Below, piece after piece: positions 38,722 through 47,122 of a stretch of DNA of 64,000 nt; positions within the stretch are counted from its first letter, which is position 1, and every line of letters begins with the position of its first letter. Made by a program: the position numbers and the translations under genes. The notes under the pieces are model-generated. The model searched no databases and was not told where the DNA came from. It saw only the letters and a list, made by a program, of their open reading frames with translations. The DNA lies in contig CAWBEU010000007.1 of NCBI GenBank assembly GCA_963787975.1, positions 429,926 to 493,925 on the forward strand, read 5' to 3'. Source of the stretch: an uncultured Thermoplasmata archaeon (GTDB taxonomy: Archaea; Thermoplasmatota; Thermoplasmata; Lutacidiplasmatales; UBA184).

Positions 38722-40701
38722 ATGGATCCCCGTTCTATCCGAATTGCTGCTGTGGTCGTCGCGGTGCTCACTGCGTTGTCGGCCAGTGGAGCGTATTACG
38801 GGCTGAGCCGGGCGGCTTCCCAGGCGGCTACGTGCTCGCTCTCGACCACGAACTCTATCGTGATCGACCAACCCGAGGTGCCCGACTCGCTCGACCCGGC
38901 CGTCACCTACACTACCCCAGGCTGGGGCGTCGTCCAGCAGGTCTACCAGACCCTGATTTTCTACAATAATACCCAGTACGGTCCTTCGTCTGCGGGACTC
39001 TCCACGCCCGTCTACCAGGTCCCGCTCCTCGCGAAGAACTGGACCACCTCCCCGGACGGCACCCACTGGAACTTCACTCTCTTCCCCCACGAGTACTTCT
39101 CGAACGGGGATCCGATCAACGCCTACGTGATGTGGTACTCCCTCTACCGCGGCATGGTGATGAACCAGCCCCTCTCGTATCTCGAGGACGAGAACTTCTT
39201 CCTGCCGGGGCTCATCTACGACAACGATTCCTTTACTCCGGCCGAGCTGGCTAGCCAGAACTGGATGGACGGGGTTCTGAGCTCGATGAACACACTCGCC
39301 ATCGTGAACAGTCCACCCTCGAGCCTGATGGCCATCATGACGGCCCACAACCAGTCCTTCCAGGTCATCAACGAGTCGACGATCGAGTTCAATATCGGCG
39401 CCGGTTCGGTGGATTACAATGGCCCGGCCCCAGCCACGTTCCTGCTCGACCAACTTGCGACACCCGGATTTGCGGCCGTCGACCCGCTCTGGGTGGCTGC
39501 CCATGGTGGAATACCGGTCAACCAAGCGAACAGCTACACCTCGAACAACATGATGGGCAGCGGGCCGTACACCCTCACCTTCTGGTCCCCGTCCACAGGG
39601 TATACGCTGGCTCCGAGCAAGAACTACTGGGCCCAGTCGATCGCGAGCCAGTATCCGAGCGCCAACAATATGCAACCCGCCAAGAGCTCGATCGATGTCT
39701 CCTTCCAGCAGAATCCCACGATCGTGGTGGAGAACATGCAGACCGGCGCCGCTGCGCTGGGGTCGTTCGCCTACATCGGCCCCTCCCAGATCAACGAGCT
39801 CAAGGGGCAGAAGTGCTTGGTCGTCCACGCGCTCCCCCCCGTGTTTGGCGGGCTCAGCTTCTCCGGCTGGATCTACATGGACCAGAACGCCTCGACCTTG
39901 CCGGGGGAACCGATCAATCCGTTCGCGAACCTCTCCGTCCGCGCGGCCGTCGTCCACGCCATCAACTACACCAAGATCATCTCGATCGGTTTCGGTGGCT
40001 ACGGGACCAACTGGGTCGGGCCCATTCCGGCCGGCTTCCCCGACTACAACCCCACGAACCTGCCGAACTATACCTACAACCTTCCGCTCGCGGAGCAGGA
40101 GATGGACAACTCTCCTTGGCCGATGTCGGGCGGGGGGCTCAACCATCTGTTCCCCAATGGGATCAATTTCGAGTATCTTCAGACCGGTGACTGGAACACT
40201 GTCGCCCAGTTGCTCAAGACCAGCCTGGCGGCGGTCGACATCCCGCTCAATCTCGTTCCGATGAGCATCGACCAGCTGGTCGAGGAGCAAACCCAGGAAA
40301 GTTATGGCGGCCTGCCGACGGTGTGCATTTCTCAGACACCGGCGAACAACGGACCATTCTACATCGGGCTCGATTACTACACCGGCGACTACGTGGGCCC
40401 CGACGACCCCACGGAGCTCAACGCGTGGGGCCTGGGCGGCTACAACCTCTGCATGTCCGAGTTCAACAGCCCTGCCGTCAACCAGTGGTTCTACCAAGCT
40501 GCGGAGGCACCGACCGTGGCGGCGGCCGCGCAGTACTACGGCGACATCACGAACTACATGTACTACAATTACACGGACGCCTGGCTCGTTATCCCGACCT
40601 CCTTCCAGGTCTACAACGTGGGCGTCCAGGGCATTGAGGCGAACCCGATGGGCAGCGGGATCGGGTTCCAGCTGCTCTACAACACGGATTATCTGACGTG
40701 A
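38722..40701 (+). CDS. ABC transporter substrate-binding protein, family 5 (peptide/nickel), membrane-anchored
   Basis: ATG at 38722 (MDPRSIRIAAVVVAVLTALSASGAYYG) preceded by ggagggg. Paralog of 21837..23750 and rich in N-x-S/T sequons. Confidence 0.8.
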   Translation: MDPRSIRIAAVVVAVLTALSASGAYYGLSRAASQAATCSLSTTNSIVIDQPEVPDSLDPAVTYTTPGWGVVQQVYQTLIFYNNTQYGPSSAGLSTPVYQVPLLAKNWTTSPDGTHWNFTLFPHEYFSNGDPINAYVMWYSLYRGMVMNQPLSYLEDENFFLPGLIYDNDSFTPAELASQNWMDGVLSSMNTLAIVNSPPSSLMAIMTAHNQSFQVINESTIEFNIGAGSVDYNGPAPATFLLDQLATPGFAAVDPLWVAAHGGIPVNQANSYTSNNMMGSGPYTLTFWSPSTGYTLAPSKNYWAQSIASQYPSANNMQPAKSSIDVSFQQNPTIVVENMQTGAAALGSFAYIGPSQINELKGQKCLVVHALPPVFGGLSFSGWIYMDQNASTLPGEPINPFANLSVRAAVVHAINYTKIISIGFGGYGTNWVGPIPAGFPDYNPTNLPNYTYNLPLAEQEMDNSPWPMSGGGLNHLFPNGINFEYLQTGDWNTVAQLLKTSLAAVDIPLNLVPMSIDQLVEEQTQESYGGLPTVCISQTPANNGPFYIGLDYYTGDYVGPDDPTELNAWGLGGYNLCMSEFNSPAVNQWFYQAAEAPTVAAAAQYYGDITNYMYYNYTDAWLVIPTSFQVYNVGVQGIEANPMGSGIGFQLLYNTDYLT

Positions 40702-40723
40702 TTCGGGGCCCGCGAGGGCCGGC

Positions 40724-41821
40724 CTACGCTGCGGTCGTCCCCACGAGGTGGCTTCCCGGCGCGATCGGCGACGGGGCCCCGCTCCCTTCCATGGCCATCA
40801 GGGTCTCTGGCGGGATGTCGACCACCTCCTCGGCGCGGTGGCAGGCCGCCAGGTGGGTCGGGTCCTTGCCAATGCTCCGGAGGAGGGGCTCCTCCACCCG
40901 GCACCGGTCGATGACGAACGGGCAGCGCGTGGCGAACCGGCAGCCCGGCGGGGGCCGGATGAGCGTCGGGATCTCCCCCGAGATCCGGAATCGGGCCCGC
41001 CGGCGCCGGACGTCCGGCACCGGCAGCGCCGCCAGGAGCGCCTTGGTGTAGGGATGGGTCGGATGCTCGAGTACAGCGCGGACGGTCCCGACCTCGGCCA
41101 GCTTCCCCAGGTAGAGGACCGCCACCCGGTCGGCAACGTACTTGACGGCCGAGACGTTGTGCGTGATCAGGAGGTACGCGAAGCCGAACTCGGACTGGAG
41201 CGCGACCAGCCGGTTCAGGATCTGGGCCTGCACGGCGACGTCCAGCGCGCTCGTCGGCTCGTCGAGGACGATGAGCTTGGGACGCAAGCTCAGCGCCCGC
41301 GCCAGGGAGAGCCGCTGCCGCCCGCCACCGGAGAACTCGTGGGGGTACTGGTCGAGGATCTCCGGCATCAGCCCGACGGTCGGAAGCAGCTCCGCGACCC
41401 GCCGGCGGAGCTCCGCTTTCCGGAGACCGGGCTCCTGGGCCCGGATTGGCTCGCTCACGATCTCCCAGACCCGCATGCGCGGGTCGAGCGACCCGACCGG
41501 GTCCTGGAACACCACCTGGACGTTCCGGCGCCATGCGCGGAGCTTCGAGCCCTGGAGGTGGGCTACGTCCTGTCCCTCGAACAGTATCCGGCCGCTGGTC
41601 GGCTCGTGGAGCCGGGAGATGAGCCAGCCGAGCGTGGTCTTGCCGGAGCCGGACTCGCCGATGAGGCCCACGGTCTCGCCGGGGCGAACGTCGAAAGAGA
41701 CGCCGTCCACGGCCCGGATCGCGAGCTTCGCGTGGCCCCGGATCGTTTCGCTGAGCGACCGCGTGAGCGGGAAGTATTTCTGGATATCCTCGACCTGAAC
41801 GAGGGGTTGGGCCGCGCTCAT
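40724..41821 (-). CDS. ABC transporter ATP-binding protein, DppF/OppF-like
   Basis: Walker A GLIGESGSGKTT, signature FSGGGRQRLSLARAL, Walker B LIVLDEPTSALD. C-terminal oligopeptide-ABC extension. Confidence 0.85.
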   Translation of the reverse strand: MSAAQPLVQVEDIQKYFPLTRSLSETIRGHAKLAIRAVDGVSFDVRPGETVGLIGESGSGKTTLGWLISRLHEPTSGRILFEGQDVAHLQGSKLRAWRRNVQVVFQDPVGSLDPRMRVWEIVSEPIRAQEPGLRKAELRRRVAELLPTVGLMPEILDQYPHEFSGGGRQRLSLARALSLRPKLIVLDEPTSALDVAVQAQILNRLVALQSEFGFAYLLITHNVSAVKYVADRVAVLYLGKLAEVGTVRAVLEHPTHPYTKALLAALPVPDVRRRRARFRISGEIPTLIRPPPGCRFATRCPFVIDRCRVEEPLLRSIGKDPTHLAACHRAEEVVDIPPETLMAMEGSGAPSPIAPGSHLVGTTAA

Positions 41822-42966
41822 GGCATCGACGGAACCTCGTCCGGGAAGAAGCAGGCCGACTTGTGGACCTCGCCCATGGGGCCGGGGGGCAGTGCCGCGA
41901 GCGGCGGTTCGGGGTTCTTTCGGCAGACGTCGCGCACCATCGGGCAGCGCGGGTTAAAGGAGCATCCGTCGGGTAACTTGGCGAGGTTCGGCACCGACCC
42001 CGATAGAGACGGGAGGACGCCTTCGTCCTTGTACTTGTTCGGGATCGAGCGGAGAAGGGACTTCGTGTACGGGTGCCGGGGGGACTCGAAGATCTCGGCG
42101 ACCGGGCCGAACTCCACCATGTGACCCGCGTACATCACGCCGACGTCGTCGGCCATCTCGGCGATGACGCCCAGGTCGTGGCTGATGAACATGATGGAGG
42201 TCCGCACCTCCTCCATCAACTCCTTCATCAGCGTCAGTACCTGCGCCTGGATCGTCACGTCGAGCGCGCTGGTGGGTTCGTCCGCGATGAGGAGGGCGGG
42301 CTTCCCGCTCAGCGCCATGGCGATCATGATCCGCTGGCGCATGCCGCCCGACAGCTCGTGCGGGAAGAGATTCACGATCCGCTCCGGGTCGTTGATCCGG
42401 ACGAGCCGGAGGAAATCGAGGACCTCGGCGTGGATCTCCTTCGTCATCGGCGGGCCTCGCGTCTTCAGGGTCTGGGTCACGTTCGGCGGGATGAACGGGC
42501 CCGTGACGACCTCCGAGGCCTTTGGAAGCTCCCGCTTCGAGTAGTCGAAGCCCGTAACGTCGGGCTTCACACGCGGGGTGAGGCCCCGCTCGCGCATCTT
42601 CCGTATCCGCACGGATTCGGCGATCTGGTCGCCGACCTTGTAGGCCGGGTTGAGGGAGTTGATCGGTTCCTGGAAGATCATGCCGATACCCGTGCCGCGG
42701 ACCCCGGGCATCCGCCACTTCGGGAGCTTCAGCAGGTCGGTGCCCTCGAAGATGATCTTGCCGGACTTCACCCTCGCGGGCGGCTCCGGCAGCAGCCGGG
42801 GGATCGAATGACCGAGGGTGCTCTTCCCACAGCCGGTCTCCCCGACGACGCCCACCACCTGGCCGGGCAACAGCTCGAGGGAGACGTCCTTGAGGGCATG
42901 GAACGTGCCGGCGCCCACCGCGTAGTCGACGGAGAGATGCTCGATCCTCAGTAGCGCGTCGGCCAA
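41818..42966 (-). CDS. ABC transporter ATP-binding protein, DppD/OppD-like
   Basis: Walker A GVVGETGCGKST, signature LSGGMRQRIMIAMAL, Walker B LLIADEPTSALD. ATGA overlap with the downstream ATPase gene. Confidence 0.85.
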   Translation of the reverse strand: MADALLRIEHLSVDYAVGAGTFHALKDVSLELLPGQVVGVVGETGCGKSTLGHSIPRLLPEPPARVKSGKIIFEGTDLLKLPKWRMPGVRGTGIGMIFQEPINSLNPAYKVGDQIAESVRIRKMRERGLTPRVKPDVTGFDYSKRELPKASEVVTGPFIPPNVTQTLKTRGPPMTKEIHAEVLDFLRLVRINDPERIVNLFPHELSGGMRQRIMIAMALSGKPALLIADEPTSALDVTIQAQVLTLMKELMEEVRTSIMFISHDLGVIAEMADDVGVMYAGHMVEFGPVAEIFESPRHPYTKSLLRSIPNKYKDEGVLPSLSGSVPNLAKLPDGCSFNPRCPMVRDVCRKNPEPPLAALPPGPMGEVHKSACFFPDEVPSMP

Positions 42967-43008
42967 CGGATCACCTCCCTCCCGAGCGCGAGACGAGAGC
43001 AGGGGAGG

Positions 43009-44034
43009 TCATGGACGTTCCGCCTGGCCCGAGGCGGCGGCGGTCGTGGCCATGATCCGGCGGCTGCGGGGGTCGAGGATGTCCCGCAGGCCGTCTCCGA
43101 GGAGGCTGAACGCGAGTACGGTGATGAAAATCGCCGCCGTGACGGACAGGACCGTCCACGGCTGGGTGAGCAGCGAATCCTGGTAGGAGTACATCAGGTT
43201 GCCCCACTCGGGGATGGACGGGGGGACCCCGACGCCGACGTACGAGATGGTCGAGTAAGTGACGATGACCGTGCCGACGTCAAGGCTGAAGTACACCGCG
43301 AGAGGCTCCAGCAGGTTCCGAACGACGTGCCGGAACAGGATCTTGCTCTCGGAGACCCCGGCCGCCCGCGCCGCGATGACGTACGGTTGGACCTTGATAG
43401 ACAGCACCTCGCCGCGGGTGAGGCGCACGTAGAACGGCCACCACGTAACAATGACGGCGAGCTCCGACTGGATCTCCCCACGGCCCCACGCCGCCGTGAT
43501 CGCCAGGGCCAGCACCAACGTCGGGAAGGAAAGGAAGATATCCGTCACCCGAAGGATCGCCACCGAGCCAGCCGCCGACAGGGTACCGGGCGTGTCCCAG
43601 AAGCCTGCTACCAAGCCCAGCAGGCTCCCGATGATCAGGGAGATTCCGGCGACGCTGAAACCGATCCCGAGGTCCGTCGGGAGCGCGGTCATCACGTTCG
43701 AGAACACGTCCTCGCCCGCCGCATCGGTGCCGAAAAGGTGGGTGGCCGAGGGTGACTGGCCCACGGGAAACACCCCTGCGTCGAGGGCAGGGTACGGAAG
43801 GATCGAAACGGAATGGCCCAGGATGAGCAGCGACACGGCGGGGACCGCGACGATGAGAGCGGCGGCAACGGAGACGAGCACGACGAGGATGAACCCGACG
43901 AGGGTCAGCGGATTCGCGGCGAGGATCCGCAGGATCAGAAGGATGTTGGCCCAGAGCCGGCCCCGGGGACGTGCGGGAACGACGGAGCCGGAAGCGCCAG
44001 CGGCTTGCGTGGCCGGAACGGTGGCGGTGGCCAT
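43009..44034 (-). CDS. ABC transporter permease, DppC/OppC-like
   Basis: 341 aa, paralog of 19466..20512. Confidence 0.8.
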   Translation of the reverse strand: MATATVPATQAAGASGSVVPARPRGRLWANILLILRILAANPLTLVGFILVVLVSVAAALIVAVPAVSLLILGHSVSILPYPALDAGVFPVGQSPSATHLFGTDAAGEDVFSNVMTALPTDLGIGFSVAGISLIIGSLLGLVAGFWDTPGTLSAAGSVAILRVTDIFLSFPTLVLALAITAAWGRGEIQSELAVIVTWWPFYVRLTRGEVLSIKVQPYVIAARAAGVSESKILFRHVVRNLLEPLAVYFSLDVGTVIVTYSTISYVGVGVPPSIPEWGNLMYSYQDSLLTQPWTVLSVTAAIFITVLAFSLLGDGLRDILDPRSRRIMATTAAASGQAERP

Positions 44035-45057
44035 CTAGCGCCACTCCACCCGGGGATCGAGGACCCCGTACAGCACGTCGGAGATGAGGTTCGCCACGAC
44101 CACCACGACGGCGAAGAAGATCACGACCCCGATCGTCCCTGCGAAATCGTACCCGGTAATCGCATCGTACGCGTATTCGCCGAGGCCGGGCCACTTGAAG
44201 ACCGACTCCACCACGACGGTTCCCGAGACCATCGTCCCGACCGTCACCCCCAGCACCGTGGTCGTCGTGATGAGGGCGTTCCGGAGCGCATGCTTGTAGA
44301 GAACCCAGAACTCGCCCAGTCCCTTCATCCGGGCCGTCTTGACAAATTCGAGCGGAAGGATCTCGAGCATCGACGTGCGGGTCATCCGGGTCGCGATGCC
44401 CATGTTGATGAAGGCGAGGGCTACCGCGGGAAGGAGCAGGTGCTCCAGCGCATCGGCCGTGGCCCCAGCGTTCAGGGCGATGATCGAGTCAATGACCGAC
44501 ATATGCGTAATGAGCGGCACCGGCGAGGCGGGGGTCGAGAAGGCGCCTCCGCTCACGCCGAGCAGGGGCCCCAAACCTATCGCCAGCAACACCCCCGCGA
44601 TGTAGGTCGGAGTCGCCCACCCGCTCAGGTAGAAGATTCGCACCACGTGGTCCGCGATCCGCCCGTTGCTGGCCGCCGCGACGACGCCCAGCGGGATGCC
44701 AACGAAGATCATCATCGCGGCGGCCGTGAGGACCAGCTCGAGGGTCTCGGGGAAGGTCGCGAGCAGGTACGGAAGGACGGGCGTGTGGAAGAGCGGGTCC
44801 GTGCCCCAGTTCCCGCTGAGCAGGCCTTGGAGGTAGTAGTAGAACTGGACGGGGAGCGAGTCGTCGAAGTGGTTATTCTTCACGCACGCGGCGATGGTCG
44901 AGGGAGAGGCCTTCGGACCCGACCAGATAGCGCAGGGGTTAGAGACCGCGATGTGCGTGAAGAAGAACGTGATGACGATGACGCCCAGGAGAACGGGGAT
45001 GAGTTGGACAAGGCGCTTCGCGACGAAGACGATCAGGTCGCTACGCGAACGGCCCAT
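44035..45057 (-). CDS. ABC transporter permease, DppB/OppB-like
   Basis: 340 aa, paralog of 18413..19465 (LIVFVAKRLVQLIPVLLGVIVITFFFTHIAVSNPC). Confidence 0.8.
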   Translation of the reverse strand: MGRSRSDLIVFVAKRLVQLIPVLLGVIVITFFFTHIAVSNPCAIWSGPKASPSTIAACVKNNHFDDSLPVQFYYYLQGLLSGNWGTDPLFHTPVLPYLLATFPETLELVLTAAAMMIFVGIPLGVVAAASNGRIADHVVRIFYLSGWATPTYIAGVLLAIGLGPLLGVSGGAFSTPASPVPLITHMSVIDSIIALNAGATADALEHLLLPAVALAFINMGIATRMTRTSMLEILPLEFVKTARMKGLGEFWVLYKHALRNALITTTTVLGVTVGTMVSGTVVVESVFKWPGLGEYAYDAITGYDFAGTIGVVIFFAVVVVVANLISDVLYGVLDPRVEWR

Positions 45058-45064
45058 CTAGTGT

Positions 45065-45145
45065 CGGACCCCCCACGGGTTGGGGGCTAAGAACCCTTTC
45101 TCGGGGCTCGGAGCCCCTATCGGCTCCCGAGGGGGCTGAGAAGGG
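45065..45145. terminator. Cluster of GC-rich dyad symmetries (ccccccacgggttggggg; ggggctcGgagcccc; ctcccgagggggctgag) between the cupin stop and the permease operon start
   Basis: Palindromes read directly from the sequence. Position is 3' of the cupin / FAD-oxidoreductase unit. Confidence 0.3.
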
Positions 45146-45149
45146 GGGA

Positions 45150-45500
45150 CTACGGGGGGTCCGGTGACTCTTGCGGGGCGAAGACCACGAGGAGTTCGAG
45201 CGGCTCCGTCACGGAGTGGAAACGGTGGTCGACCCCCTTCGCCACGAAGATCGTCTCGCCCGGTTCAACGGGATAGTCCCGGCCGGCAATGGTGATCGCG
45301 GCCCGGCCGCGGATGACGTAGTATATCTCGTCCTCCCGGTGGGGAGTTTGCGGGTCCACCCCTCCCGCGTGCAGCGCGTAGAAACCCACGCTCATCGCAG
45401 GGATCCGAAGGAACTCGAGGTAAAGCCCCCCGGACGCTTTCCGGCGGGCCTGGATCTCCGAAAGCCGAAACACTGCCGAGTCCTTGGGGCGCGACGTCAT
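45150..45500 (-). CDS. Cupin-domain protein (116 aa)
   Basis: Only the C-terminal 116 codons of track ORF 45150..46562 look real. MTSRPKD...HAGGVDPQTPHREDEIYYVIRGRAAITIAGRDYPVEPGETIFVAKGVDHRF is the cupin two-motif pattern. The ATG abuts the corrected stop of the upstream oxidoreductase. Confidence 0.7.
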   Translation of the reverse strand: MTSRPKDSAVFRLSEIQARRKASGGLYLEFLRIPAMSVGFYALHAGGVDPQTPHREDEIYYVIRGRAAITIAGRDYPVEPGETIFVAKGVDHRFHSVTEPLELLVVFAPQESPDPP

Positions 45501-45501
45501 C

Positions 45502-47089
45502 TCAGCTCCCCGACGAAGGAGGGGACGGCGTGGCGCCCGACGTCCTGCGCCAGTCCTCCAAGATGATCTGGGCGGCGTTGTGACCGGCGGCACCCGTGAC
45601 CCCGCCGCCGGGGTGGGCGGCCGAACCGCAGAGGTACAGGCCGGGCAGAGGGGTCCGGGACCTGCACCCACCCCGGCACAGGCCGGAAGGAGAGGATCTG
45701 GTCCGGCGTGATATCTCCCTGGAAGATGTTGCCGCCGGTCATCCCGAGGGTGCTCTCGATGTCCTTCGGCGTGACAACCTGCCAGTGCTCGACGACCCGC
45801 CGGATGTTCGGGGCATACTCCGCGATCGTATCCAGCACCCGCTCCGCCGCGGTGCTCTTGTAGGAATCCCAGTCGGTCCCGCGCAGCTCCGTCGGGGCGT
45901 ACTGGACGAAACAGGTCATCGTGTGCTTCCCCGGGGGAGCGACGGACGGGTCGAGCGCGCTCTGGAACAGCATCTCGATGAACGGCTGGGAGGAGAACCG
46001 GCCCTCCATGGCGTCGCGGTACCCCCGCTCGAGATACGCCAGCGACGGGGCGATGTCGACGGTCGAGCGATGGGCATCGCTCGGAGCGCCCGGGTCCGCC
46101 GTGAACTCCGGTAGCGCGGACAGCGCCGCATTGAACTTGAGGGCGGCGCCCCGGGAACGGATGCCCCGAACCTCCTTCTCGAACTCCGGGGAGAGGGAAC
46201 CGGGGGGCGCCAGCTTGAGGAACGTGGTCTGGGCGTCGGCGTTCGACGCCACGATCGGGGCCGAGATCGTCTCGCCCGACACCGTCTCGACCCCCGTGAC
46301 GGCCCCGTGCTGGACCACGAAGTTCTTTACGGCTACTCCGGTGCGAATCTGAACGCCGTTCGCGACGGCGGCCCGGGCCAGCGCCTGGGTGATCCCGCCC
46401 ATCCCGCCCACGGAGAACCCCCAGACTTGCTTGTGCCCATCGAGGTTGCCCACGTTGTGGTGGGCGAGGACGTAGGCGGTGCCGGGGGTGCTGGGACCGC
46501 ACATCGTTCCAATGACGGCGTTGGGCGCGAGGACGGCCTTGACCTCGTCGGACTCGAACCACTCATCGAGCAGGTCCTGCGCGCTGCGGAGGAACAGGTC
46601 CCGGACCACGGTCTCGGTCTCGGGCGTGGAGAACATCTGAAACATCTCGGCCAGCGGCGCCGGCGGGGCCAGCATCACCGGCTCGATCAGCTCGAGCACG
46701 CGGTCCCAATACTCGACGTACTTCGGATAGGCGCGAGCGTCCTGCACGGAGAATTTGGCGATCTCCTTCGCCGCGCGCTCCGTGTCGACCCACAGCTTGA
46801 GGGCCCGGCCGTTCGGAAACGGCATGCAGTACTGCGGGTCGTAGAGGATCGTGCGATACCCATACTTTGGGAGCTCGAGGTCGTCGACGATCTCCTGGCG
46901 CATCAATCCCGCCACGTAGGAGAAGGTGTTGATCTTGAACCCGGGCCACGTCTCCTCCGTGATCGCCGCGCCACCCACCACGGGCCGTCGTTCGAGCACG
47001 AGGACGCGGGCCCCCGCCCGTCCGAGATAGTTGGCTGCGACCAGTCCGTTGTGGCCCCCGCCGACTACGACGACGTCCCACTGGCTCAC
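45502..47089 (-). CDS. PYROXD2/CrtI-like FAD oxidoreductase, paralog 5; +1 frameshift near 45610-45616
   Basis: [16 protein letters not shown] start. The frame breaks at GWVQV|[36 protein letters not shown] (extra C in gtccc-gg), the same alignment position as in paralog 1. The corrected stop falls at about 45502, directly before the cupin ATG. Confidence 0.75.
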
Positions 47090-47122
47090 GTCATCGCTCC
47101 CCGGACGGCGGCGCGGTCACGC

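Noticed and set aside
45501-46562. Upper part of track ORF 45150-46562 (470 aa)
   Set aside because: Wrong-frame read-through of the FAD oxidoreductase paralog 5 gene. Only the last 116 codons form the cupin protein.
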